A DNA stretch of 64,000 bases, taken from assembly GCA_964247055.1 (NCBI GenBank), contig OZ176050.1, forward strand, positions 5,146,001 through 5,210,000. Reading direction: 5' to 3'. A model generated the notes under the pieces. The model saw nothing but the letters and a program-made list of their open reading frames with translations. It searched no databases and was not told the DNA's origin. The DNA comes from Paragordius varius. Taxonomy: Eukaryota; Animalia; Nematomorpha. Both the position numbers and the translations under genes were made by a program. Positions 1 to 12,400 of this stretch are shown here, one piece after another (within the stretch, counting starts at the first letter, position 1; each line of letters starts with the position of its first letter).

Positions 1-78
1 TTTAAAATCTTCAAATGACCTTTCAACTTTAATAATGTATTCGTTTAAAAATACGTAGAAAGATGAAACAATTAAAAC

Positions 79-622
79 CTTTTTTGGGATTGATAATAAA
101 CAAATCTCACAAAATGCACTTTGCGGCTCATAGGGTTGATTGGAATATTGGGTTTTAATTGCATATTTCTAAAAGAATGTTATGGATATTTAATGTAGGT
201 AATGGTACATAAAACTCTAACTTACATTTTTATGCTGATTTGGATTAGATATATGCGCCTCTAAGAACAATTTATCTGGATTACCATCATAATACCTATA
301 AAATTATATGATATATAAGGTAAACCTTTCCAATAACTTTTCTTTATCCCATTTAAAGTGATGTAAAAGTAAGCGTGTAACTGTTGGAGGTAACTTAAAT
401 TAATTAAAAAACAACCTGGAAGACAGTATTTACATCTTTTATGATCTCTACCATATATTGTACTACTCGGTCTGGACTTAATACCTCATATGAAAAATCA
501 TCTTCATAAAGATTTGTTAGTAAATTAGCCGGTTTAGTTTGGTGTATGGCTTCCATTGGAATGTCAAGGGCTTCCTCCTCCGATAGCCCATCTTCCGATT
601 CATACATATCGTCAATATTCAT
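79..622 (-). CDS. ARIH1: Ariadne-1 / ARIH1 RBR E3 ubiquitin ligase, 5' exons (gene continues beyond left edge)
   Basis: Exons 622-416, 393-326, 295-226, 168-79 joined by GT-AG introns of 22, 30, 57 nt give MNIDDMYESEDG...DDFSYEVLSPDRVVQYMVEIIKDVNTVFQ|LPPTVTRLLLHHFKWDKEKLLER|YYDGNPDKLFLEAHISNPNQHKN|KYAIK...AFCEICLLSIPKK. This matches the ariadne acidic N-terminus, the UBA-like region and the start of RING1. Confidence 0.92.
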
Positions 623-1273
623 TACTTTAACCACATATAATAGACAAATAAGAAAACATTGATGGTATATATAAGGGGTGAAAGAGCATACACACACACT
701 TTGGTGTGTATTTTATAACTAAAATACTCAATATTGGCATTTTAGGCTTACAAAATTTAATAAGCAGTTAATAAGTTAACGGAAACTGTAAAATATAGTT
801 AATTTGGGAGATATGCCAACCTACAAAAATTATTTTAAACTATAATTTATAATTTTGATAGTTTTGCAAATAAAAATTTTAAACGGATAAAATTATTAAA
901 AAAAATTTTTCCCAAAAGATAAATTCCGTTATTTCAACACAAAATAGGGGTGATAAAAAATATATCTTGATGGTTAAATATATAATTTTTATGGTAATTT
1001 TGGTTTTGGGTTTAGGTTCATTTTGCTTTTTGTTTTCTATATTTAAAAAACGAAAAACAAACAGTGATAGTAAATTAAATTAATAGTGCATAATTCATTC
1101 CAAAAATATACAAGATATATATAAATTAAAAAGCAACCGATAATTACTCTTAATAATTTCCAATAAATAGAGATAATTAAGAAATAATAAAAAACATATT
1201 TAATAAAAAGAATATCTTTTATTTTTTTACCGATAGGCTCAAATATTGTTTACTCGAAATTGACCATATTTAA

Positions 1274-1858
1274 CACTTGGATACAAGACATCCATTTCAG
1301 TCCTTTGATTAACACTTGGATACAACACATTCATTTTAGTCCTTCAATTCAAATTGGGGTAGTTGGATACCCAGGCCTGTTAAAAAATAAATAATTTAAA
1401 AATTATGGAAGCAATCGAAACCATGGCAAAATTTTGAACTTAATTAATAAACCGGAATATATAAAAAACTTTATTCAAAAATATTTGATATTACTTATTT
1501 TGAGCTAAAACTTAAAGATAAAAATTTAGTCAACGTGACATGTGTCAAATTGTAAAATAATAATACAACTTTTTCTATTATCAATGTTAGATGTAATTTA
1601 TATAAAAAATAAGCCCTTAAAATTAAATGAAGACGATATTTTGCAAAATTTTTGTAAAATAAAAATGGCGTCAAGTAGTTTGACGTGGAACTTTTTTTTC
1701 AAAACAAAATTTTATCAAGATATTTTGGCATATTTATATAATATTTATCAGGATAGAAGCATAAATTTAAATTGAGATCGTTTCCTTCAGTAGTTTTTAA
1801 AAAAAATTAAATTAAATTTAGTCTGGGGTATTTAGATACCCCAATTTGAATCGAAGTG
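1274..1858 (+). mobile_element. piggyBac-like MITE family A copy (~585 bp)
   Basis: TTAA at 1270-1273 and 1859-1862; ends CACTTGGATAC...TCGAAGTG; subterminal palindromes GGGGTA(G/T)TT(G/A)GATACCCC; the first ~40 bp are duplicated. Confidence 0.8.
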
Positions 1859-1974
1859 TTAAATTAAGACCGTTTCCTTCAGTAGTTTGTTTAAAATTTT
1901 AAATTTAATTTGGTCTGGGGTATTTAGATACCCCTTATATCGAAGTGTTAAAATTAGGGTAGTTGGATATTTAA

Positions 1975-2556
1975 CACTTCGATTCAAATTGGGGTATCTA
2001 AATACCCCAGACTAAATTTAAATTAAAATTTTTAAAAAACTACTGAAGGAAACGGTCTCAATTTAAATTTATGCTTCTATCCAGATAAATATTATATAAA
2101 TATGCCAAAATATCTTGATAAAATTTTGTTTTGAAAAAAAAGTTCCATCTCAAACTACTTCGACGCCATTTTTATTTTACAAATTTTTTGCAAAATATCG
2201 TCTTCATTTAATTTTAAGGGTAAAACTAAAGTTTATTTTTTATATAAATTACATCTAACATTGATAGAAATAGAAAAAGCGGTTTATTATGTATTATTTT
2301 TTAATTTTACAATTTGACACATGTCACGTTGACTAAATTTTTACCTTTCAGTTTTAGCTCAAAATAAGTAATATCAAGTATTTTTGAATAAAATTTTTTA
2401 TATATTTCGGTTTATTAATGTTTTATAAGTGCAAAATTTTGCCATGGTTTTGATTGCTTCCATACTTTTTAAAGTATTTGATTTTTAACAAGCCTGGGGT
2501 ATCCAACTACCCCAATTTGAATCGAAGGACTAAAATGAGTGTGTTGTATCCAAGTG
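1975..2556 (-). mobile_element. piggyBac-like MITE family A copy, inverted relative to 1274-1858
   Basis: TTAA at 1971-1974 and 2557-2560; near reverse complement of the 1274-1858 copy. Confidence 0.8.
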
Positions 2557-2560
2557 TTAA

Positions 2561-3024
2561 TAAAATAATTCAAAAAATATGGAATGAATCGAAATTATGG
2601 CATATATTTGCACATTTATAACATTAATAAACCAAAATATATAAAAACTTCAAAAACACTTGATATAAACTATTTTTGGTACTCAAGAATTTAGTCAGTA
2701 AAATTTAAAAATAATACAAAATAAACCACTATTTATGTTTATATCAATGTTTGATGTAATTAAAAAAATAGCTTTGATTTTATCTTTAAAATCAAATAAT
2801 CACGATATTTTGCGAAAATGTTGTACAATTAAAATGGCGTCTAGGTAGTTTAATATGGTTTTTTTTCAAAAATAAATTTTATTTAGATATTTCGGCTTAT
2901 TTATACAATTTTTTTTAAATAGAAGCATATATTTAAATTGCGACAGTTTTGTTTGGTAGTTTTCTGAAAATTCAAACTTGTATATATTCTAAAGTATTTA
3001 GATACCCCAATTTGAATCGAAGTG
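2561..3024 (+). mobile_element. MITE family A copy, 5'-truncated
   Basis: Same internal sequence (aaaatggcgtc...tagataccccaatttgaatcgaagtg) ending at TTAA 3025-3028. Confidence 0.7.
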
Positions 3025-3829
3025 TTAAACTGCCCCTTATAAAAGCTAATATTCAATTATTGGATTAATTTTAAGATTTTTGTTTTGCGAAATCATGGTT
3101 AAAAATATTATTTTGATGTGTTCACAGAGTTGGGATCAATGGATATAAAAAGTAAATCATTTGTCCCTTTTTAAAGGATATTACACAAATTCCCCAGAAA
3201 TGTATTTAACTGAACTCGTATGGCTTCTTAAATTTTTTAAAATTATCTTCGAAACCAAGCCATTTTGTATGGCGTCCTCAGTTTTAAATCGGTACCTACC
3301 CATAGATCTATATGGAAAAAGCGCTGAGGTGAATTCTTTGCCTTTATAGGGAAAATATTTGGAATAATCTTTGATACCATCGTCTGATGGTTGATCGCGT
3401 ATCTCCCAAGGCATAAAAGCCCCAAATTAACGGCTAATAAAAAAACGCCTGACCTTTTTTACCTAGTTACGAGTAATATTTCAAGCTTTGAATGAGCTCA
3501 TATGGCTTCATAAATTTTCTGTAAATTAGCTCCAAAACAAAGCAATTTAATTATAGTGGCGCAGTTTTTGGCGGGTAACTCCTAACCCAGCGACAGGTAT
3601 AAAAAAGGGCCGGGAAAATTTTTGCTTTTTATGGGAAATATCTGGTTTTATCATGTATTCAAATGCTTCCTATTAGACTCATAGCTTGTCTGAAATATGG
3701 CTACAAAGGCACGCTATTCCGATATGATGGGCCAGTTTATAGCGGGTATCTCATTACCCATCAGCCAATATAGAAAATACGTGCGACTTAAATTGCCTTT
3801 TAACAGGGAATATCTAAAATCATCATTGA

Positions 3830-6800
3830 TTTTTTTACGGTCTCATACCTTAGCCGAAAAATACATTAAAAAAAACTATTTTTGTGGACTTATTTTTTTG
3901 AAAAAAATGGCATTTTACGGGGGGAGCGGGTAAAAAAAGGTCCTAACTTAAAAAAGCTAGCCGAATATGTGCGGCTCAATCGGAAATAAGTAAAAAATAA
4001 TCATATTTGAAATCGAGTGGTCCACGTTTTCCGGAAAATTGTCTCAAAAACACGATTTTTGTGGACTTATGTTTTTCAAAAAATAATGTGGCCAGATATT
4101 TTAAACTTTGACGCAGTACAATATTTAAAAATACTTTGCCTCTTTTTACACCATCGGTGTGGTATATTACACAGTTTCCAAAAAATATATCCAGATAAAA
4201 TATATATATTCTGATAGGGAAATATCAGGATTAACATGGTGCTTTTGGTTTAAATTTTTAGATGTGGACTCTGAAAGTAAATTTTTTGCAGCTTTTAAAA
4301 TGAACTGTATTGTTAAAATAAACGCAAAACTTCCGACATTGTGCAATAATTTTAAATATATGCTAAATTTTGATATCGACTAAATATATTTTTTTTAAAG
4401 AATCCATACTTTCATTATTTAATTTTTAGCAAAATTTTGTTGAAGCGTACTTCATACTATTTTGAGCATGATGGAAACGATATAAACGGTTGAGATGTTA
4501 TTCCAATTATATATATATATATATAATTCGATAATGCTAACATTTTTCTCACTCAGAATTTTAAATTTGTGTTAAATAAAACTTGTGTTTTTTACAAACA
4601 TTAATATCATACCTCCCACCTTGAGTATAAAAAACGTAAAAACATTTACAGTCATGTAGACTTTATATTGTTAAAGATTTACTTTTTTTCGTTAATTGGG
4701 TATTAATATTTGGTAAAGAATATAAAAACAAGAGCTATATGGTATTACCATATCATATTCTTTAAAAAAGTAAAAGAAGTGTGGGGGAAGGGCGTCGGAA
4801 ATCTTTAGTAAAAAATGAAAATCTTAAAATATTGTTATAGGGGAATGTTAATATTTTTGTTAATCTTTTAGCAAAATTTATATGTTGATTTTTTTAAAAA
4901 ATTATTTCGCAGTACACATATGAAAGAGGATTGACGTGAGAATTAACTAATTAATTTGATGAATATTTTGTATGTTAAATTTTGAGAATATTACAGCAAT
5001 TTATGTTAACATTTAAAATATTGTTGTTACGTATTTAGATGCGGAATTTTGTGGGTTATTCTTAATAATTTAATAAATAGTAAAATGGTTATTTTAATAT
5101 TATTTATGATTCATAATTAAATTCAACAATACTATTTTCAACATGATAAATACCTGTATTAATCAAAATCGGTATTATTATTTTAAATAGTTGTTATTAG
5201 TAATTAAAATACAGGTTATATATTTGTCAAAATTTAATTAGATTATAGATTGGTTTTGTTTTTATGTTTTTCATGGTTAATTTTTATGTGTTTACATTTT
5301 AATCAGGTAAAAATTGCGGTTTTTAAATTTAGTCAAATTTATTTTTTTTTGTTTTTTAGGATTTGCATTGCAAATTGTAATTACTACATATTGGAAATTT
5401 TAAAATACAGGTAAAAATGGCGGTTAATTTCAAATTTATTTATTTTTCATTGGTAATTGTAATTAATTACATATTGTGGACATTTTAATAACTACCGGTA
5501 AAAATTGCAGTTTTTAATAAATTTAATAAAAATTGAGTTTTTGTTTTTTAGGATTTGCATTGTTATTTGTAATTAATTTATTTGGTCATTTTAATAAATA
5601 CAGGTAAAAATTGCGGTTTATAACAAATTTTAATTTTTTTTTATTTTGTATCATTGTTAATTGTAATTAATTACTACATATTTTGGACATTTTAATAAAT
5701 ACAGGTGAAAATGCCAGTTTTTAAAATTTAACATGTTTTGTATCATTGTTATTTGTTTTCAATTAATAAATATTTTGGACATTTAAAAAACAGGTCAAAA
5801 TTGCCGTTTTTAATAAATTATTAAAATTTATTAATTACTATATATTTTTGATACATTGATATATACAGGTAAAAATTACTATCATTTGAATAAATTAGCA
5901 AGGTTGAACAAAATATTAAAAATTTATTCATTTTATTAAAAACCGCAATTTTCACCTGTTTTTTAAATGTCGAAAATATTTGATAATTAATAACAAATAA
6001 CAATGATACAAAAAAAATTAAATTTGAAATTTGTTAAAAACCGCCATTTTTACCTGTATTTTTTAAAATATGTAGTATTTAATTACAATTAACAATGTTA
6101 AATAAAAAAACAAAAAAAATAAATTTTTACAGATTTATTAAAAACTGCAATTTTTACCTGTAGATATTAAAATGTCCACAATATGTAATTAATTACAATT
6201 ACCAATGAAAAATAAATAAATTTGAAATTAACCGCCATTTTTACCTGTATTTTAAAATTTCCAATATGTAGTAATTACAATTTGCAATGCAAATCCTAAA
6301 AAACAAAAAAAATAAATTTGACTAAATTTAAAAACCGCAATTTTTACCTGATTAAAATGTAAACACATAAAAATTAACCATGAAAAACATAAAAACAAAA
6401 CCAATCTATAATCTAATTAAATTTTGACAAATATATAACCTGTATTTTAATTACTAATAACAACTATTTAAAATAATAATACCGATTTTGATTAATACAG
6501 GTATTTATCATGTTGAAAATACTATTGTTGAATTTAATTATGAATCATAAATAATATTAAAATAACCATTTTACTATTTATTAAATTATTAAGAATAACC
6601 CACAAAATTCCGCATCTAAATACGTAACAACAATATTTTAAATGTTAACATAAATTGCTGTAATATTCTCAAAATTTAACATACAAAATATTCATCAAAT
6701 TAATTAGTTAATTCTCACGTCAATCCTCTTTCATATGTGTACTGCGAAATAATTTTTTAAAAAAAATCAACATATAAATTTTGCTAAAAGATTAACAAAA

Positions 6801-7770
6801 ATATTACCATTCCCCTATAACAATATTTTAAGATTTTCATTTTTTACTAAAGATTTCCGACGCCCTTCCCCCACACTTCTTTTACTTTTTTAAAGAATAT
6901 GATATGGTAATACCATATAGCTCTTGTTTTTATATTCTTTACCAAATATTAATACCCAATTAACGAAAAAAAGTAAATCTTTAACAATATAAAGTCTACA
7001 TGACTGTAATTTGTTAATACGAAAAAAAGGTTTTTTTGAAATCATATTCCATATATAATATATTTTTTATAATATGTTTTAGGAATTACAATTTTTTATA
7101 TAATTTTCCGTCTGATTATTATAACAAAAAATAAACTTTATAAATTTGATCAAACATTTATAAAATATAAATTAATTTTGTTAAATTTTGATGCACCTCT
7201 TTTTGCGGAAGCCCTGAGTGAAAGAGTCATTAGCCAGAATCTTACGGTGTGGAGGGCGAGATTTATAGTTTCGCCACTGCTTAAAAGGAAATCATAATCG
7301 GTTTGACCGATCCAAAATTGTCTAATTCGAGAAGAAAATAAAATATTAACCAATTAAAAAAAGGCCAATCTTATTTTACCGCAAAATAAACCATTTCTTT
7401 ACAAATTATGGGTTTATTTTTACAGAGGGTACTATATCGAATTCTAAAATAATTTTTTTGAATAAATAAAAGGTAAATATATATTCATAAATAATTAAAT
7501 TTTTTCAATTTCAAAAAGCAGTACAAAAGTGGGCGCAGTACAGTCTCAGTTTTTTTCTGAAAATCCAGTACTGTACTGCGAAAAACAGCCTATCTGGTCA
7601 CATTATCAGAAAACCCATTTTTTACATGGAAGGGCCCGAACTGGGACCCTAAATCAAAAGGGCGAAGCTATTATGGATATTGATGTTATATTTTTTCGAT
7701 GTTTGGATTTGAATGGGTTTACCGGTTTTGGAAACAGATCACAAAGCCAGCATTTTCCATTTTTATATAG
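3830..7770 (-). repeat. Dispersed repeat split in two (about 3830-4083 and 7606-7770) by ~3.5 kb of insertions
   Basis: Both pieces match, in reverse complement, one contiguous sequence at about 63600-64000. Confidence 0.65.
4649..7006. mobile_element. Foldback-type element (2358 bp) with very long inverted arms and internal tandem subrepeats
   Basis: TA|CAGTCATG...CATGACTG|TA. About 4649-5480 is nearly the exact reverse complement of about 6165-7006. Inner arms are degenerate ~80-bp units containing ACAGGTAAAAATTGCGGTTTT. No ORF. Confidence 0.8.
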
Positions 7771-7904
7771 ATAGATTTAATCTTAATACATTATATTTAC
7801 ACTTTTTTTCTTAGTTTACCTTTTAGGGTAATTTAAAATCCCAGGCTTTGTTTTGAATATAAACTATAATTTTATAGTTTTTATCATTATAATTTTATTA
7901 TTAA

Positions 7905-8423
7905 CACTTCATATATCACTTTTTTGTTCTAGTTTACCGTATTTTTATATTCCAGAGATCAATTTTGTAAATAAAGTCCAGTTTTGAAAGTGATTGTTAA
8001 ATTTAATTATCAAACACTGCTTTCATGTATTACATTAAAAAGCCAATATTTTTTGTGACATCAAGAGATTAAAATTATGACAGCTTCAAAATATGATCGA
8101 AACATATCTAAAATCAAAATATATTTAGCTTTCTGGCAAAATGAAGCATGAAATTTTAAAATAAATTAATTACTTTTTCTAACCATAATATACTGTTATT
8201 TGTCTCTTTCAATAGCGATTTTAAAAAATTATCGAAAATGGCGGCAAAAAAAGTTTGAGATGAGGATTTTTCTGCAATTTTGCATTTTTAAAAGAAAAAA
8301 ATTTGTATAATGCGCCTAAGAGGTCAAAGAAATCATATTTTTATATTCGGCTGATACCTTTTAACGTATATTCAAATTTCAAATCGCTCTGCGATATAAA
8401 ACTACCCCAAAAAGTAATGGAGT
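7905..8423 (+). mobile_element. piggyBac-like MITE family B copy (CACTTCAT terminus)
   Basis: TTAA-CACTTCAT start; core aaaatggcggcaaaaaaagtttgagatgaggatttt also at ~27900, ~48055, ~60150. Right boundary approximate. Confidence 0.55.
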
Positions 8424-8485
8424 ACAAAAAATTTACCTTATTTATACAATTTTAATTAGGATAAAAGTATAAATTTGATTGAAAA

Positions 8486-9029
8486 CTTCGATTCAATTTG
8501 AGGTATCTAAATACCCCAGACTAAATTAAACTTAAATTTTTTAAATACTGAAGAAATCGGTTTATAAATTTATGCTTCTATCCTGATAAAAATTATATAA
8601 ATAAGCTATAATATCTCAATAAAATTTTGTTTTGAAAAAAAAGTTCCATGTTAAACTACTTACACGCCATTAATATTTTGCAAAATATCTTGTTCATTTA
8701 TTTTCAAGGTATAGTTAAAGCTATTTTTTATTTAAATCACATCTAACATTGATATAAAGAAAAAGTGGTTTATTTTGTTTTATTTTACAATTTAGCCAAT
8801 GTAGACATGTCATCACTAAATTTTTACCTTTGGGTTTTACCTTAAAATAAGTAATATCAAGTAAAAAAGTTTTGTATATATTCCGGTTTATTAATGTTAA
8901 ATGAGTGCAAAATTTTGTCATGGTTTCTATTACTTCCATAATTTTTAAATTTTATTTTAAACAGGCCTGGTGTATCCAACTACCCCAATTTGAATCGAAG
9001 GACTAAAATTAATGTGCCGTATTCAAGTG
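8486..9029 (-). mobile_element. MITE family A copy
   Basis: cttcgattcaatttgaggtatctaaatacccc ... gtattcaagtg followed by TTAA at 9030-9033. Confidence 0.75.
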
Positions 9030-9401
9030 TTAATATTATCTGCTTCAGCATATTTTAACTAAATAAATTTGAATATGACATGGGGTCTTTAAACCCAATT
9101 TGAGTCGAATTGTAAGCACCAAAAATACTTTTAAGATATTCAATTCTCTAATCGCTCTGGGATATTAAACTACCCCAAAAAGTCATGGAGTTTTAAAAAT
9201 AATTATAGAATATTTATTATTGATAAGAAATGAATTACAACTTTTTGCTGAAATTCATATCACCGTTTGCCGTGTTGTAAAATTAACCCGCTCATGTAAA
9301 ACATATGGTTAAAATTTTATTTTATGGGCTTTACTCAATGCAATGTATTTTATCAAATTAACCCTAAAATACAGTCGAAATTAATTAAAAATACAAGAAA
9401 T

Positions 9402-12400
9402 ATGAGAAGAAAATCAAAATTATCCAAGAGTAAACGTCGCATATCTAAATCCATTAAAACAGAAGACGGCGTCTTAATTGATTCTGAAATGGAATTAGAT
9501 CAGGATATACCAATTATTAGAGATAATTGCCAAATAAATAAAGAGAAACCAAATCTACGTTTAATAGTACCAGAAGTTGTTTATTCATACACCTCAAACG
9601 ATGAACCCAAGATAGATTTAACCATTCCCTATATAATGTACGAATCTAATGAATCCTTCAAACGGGTCGAATATGAAGCTGATGAAGAAGATTTAGAATG
9701 GATAAAATTAATTAATGTAGTCTGTCCCTATCATTTATCCGATGATAGCTTTGAATTTTTGATAGATCGGGTTGAAAAAAGATCATTTTGGTATAGTTTA
9801 ATGAGGGCAAAATCATCGGAGCTTACAGGTTAATAAAATAGATAATTATTATTGGAAAACAATTTTGATTTTTATATTGATAGCACCTTTTCTTATCATA
9901 AATCTATTATCCTAGAAAAAAAGTTTCAAAATAAATTTGAAAATGAGGCCGTTTGTTCTATATGCATGGATGGAGATTGCTCTAATTCGAATGCTATTCT
10001 CTTTTGTGATTGGTGTAATGTGGCTGTACATCAAGAATGCTATGGGGTTCCTTATGTACCAGAAGGTAGTTATATTAGTTTGTATAAAAGTTTCGTATCA
10101 ATATAACTTTATACAGAAAATTTTGATTAATTGATAGTTTTTTACTAATTCCCAATAAATAATTATGAGAATTTTGATTAAACCTACTCTTTTTTGCATT
10201 AAGATCTCATCAATATTTTATAATAGTTTGGATCAATAGCTATCTCTCTATTAATATATTGTTCTTGAACTTTATTGTACACACTAAGAATGGTAAAAAA
10301 AATTTTCAGATCGCATACCTGGAAAGCTCTTAAATCGTTCAAAATATTCAAGTGTGTATTGGCCAAGATTTGTTGTATTTTCTTATACATTATATTTTTC
10401 CCTAAATTGGGTCTTTCATTTAAATTAAAATAACTAATTTGCGCTTGTATTATCTGATTTACTTTTATGTAGATGAATAATATTTTAAATTATAATATAA
10501 TATGGCAAAAGTTATTGATGGTTTTTTTTTATTTTAATATAAACTGTTAATCTATTAATTGGCATCATATATCAAATTTAATTTTGAGGCACCAAAATTA
10601 ATATTTTTTAAGACCTGCATCACTATAAATCATTATTTTTAAAATGATATTGGTGCAAAATGGAATTTGCATGGAGGGACACGGAATAAGAAATATTAAC
10701 TTTTTAAATTGTTTTTCCCATTTGTTATCACCGTGAATTTTAGATTATCGATTTTATTAGTTATTTGCCAGGAATTGATTTCATATATTAAATTATTTAT
10801 ATTGGCACCATATAATGTATTCTTCCTTCCTTGTTAGAGGTTTCTACATTAATTTTAATATGTTAACAATATATCTACTCTCTTCATGTAATATAAAAGA
10901 ATCGTATTTTTTGCATCTATCAGGTAACAATATAACTCTAGTATTTTGCCAAAAAAATGAGAAATTCGGAATGTTACGCCCTTTCTACCTTTACCTTATT
11001 TTGTAAAAATCAAAATTATTTATCGGCGCAGAATATTTTACACCTTTATATCTTTTGATTCTGAACCCTATATTAAAAATTATATACAATATACATTTTA
11101 ATGATTGCTTATTTCACCTTATAGTAGGGCAACACAGTAGTGTATGGGGGAAAAACAACAAAATGTTGAATAAACATATTTCCTTTCTTATTTCCATAAA
11201 CTCCTGTGTTGTAAATTGCCATACTATAGTGTGAAATAAACAACCATTAAAATGCATACTGCAATAAAATATTTTTTTTATTATATCATTGCATATACAT
11301 TAGGACAGTGGCTTTGTCGATTATGCATACGTCAGCCAAACACAAACATTTTCAACCAAAGCTTAAACAGTACATTACAAAATCTTTTTTTGAGCTCATA
11401 TGATGACGGGGAACATAGATCAGAAAACGCACAAAAATCCACATCAATACCGCATCGTAGAGGTTTAAAAAAAGGATATGGAAATCAAAAGTTATTATTT
11501 GGGTTTTTACTAAATAATCTTTATTAGAGTATTTACATCTTGTGACGACTGGTTTGTTTGATTAATATAAATAATATATCCTTTTGGTGAAAATAACTAA
11601 ATTAAGAGAACAAATTAGAGTATTTTTAGGCATAATCAGCTGAAATTATATAAAATGAATAATTAATAGTATTTGGCTGTATGTTTAGCTATTTTATATT
11701 AATTAAATATATGTAGGAATTTAAATTTTATACCGTATTTTCTCTTCAAGAATATAAATTTACTTTTAAATAGAGGCAATTTCAACAAAATTCGCTTTTG
11801 ATTATTTAAGCCATTTTAAAAATAAATTATCTCCTACAGGAATAAATCAATTTTTTTACGATTATAAATAAGAATATCGGTAACCCATTTTTTCTGTTTT
11901 TCCAGTTTGTTCTTAATTTTATTATTAATATCAAAAAGTATAGATTGTATAATAAATTTTTATAAATTTAAATCTTTATTATTAAATAACTCATTTAAAG
12001 AATAGAAAAAGATAAATTATGCTAATAATTTGCGAATTTGTTTTGCCTAAAGAATTAATTTTTCCGTTTTCGAAACGTTCATTTGAAGTTATCAAGGGCA
12101 GAAAATGTTTTAGTTTTTAAAAGGTCAAGGTTTAATTAAATATTTTAGGGTTAACTTACAATGGGATCCTAAAAAATTCAAGGCTTAATTTAGGGTGACG
12201 TTTAAATGGCGATAGTTTTACCATATATGTGCCTAATAATAAGAAAATGTTGTATTTAAACCATTTCCTTTCAAAATTAGATTTAATCATGATGTATCTA
12301 CAGTCAAAAATGCTACTGACTCTCACGAGGTGAATATTGATAAGTTGAATCGCAATGAAAACGAGAGAGTAGGGGATGATGTATTAGTAGATAATATGGA

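Noticed and set aside
404-697. ORF-track start at 697 and end at 404 for ariadne
   Set aside because: Homology fits Met at 622 and a splice at 416; the extra residues are UTR or intron.
1542-4383. Short ORFs at 1542, 3161-3425, 3697, 4017, 4159
   Set aside because: They lie in dispersed repeats and show no recognisable motifs.
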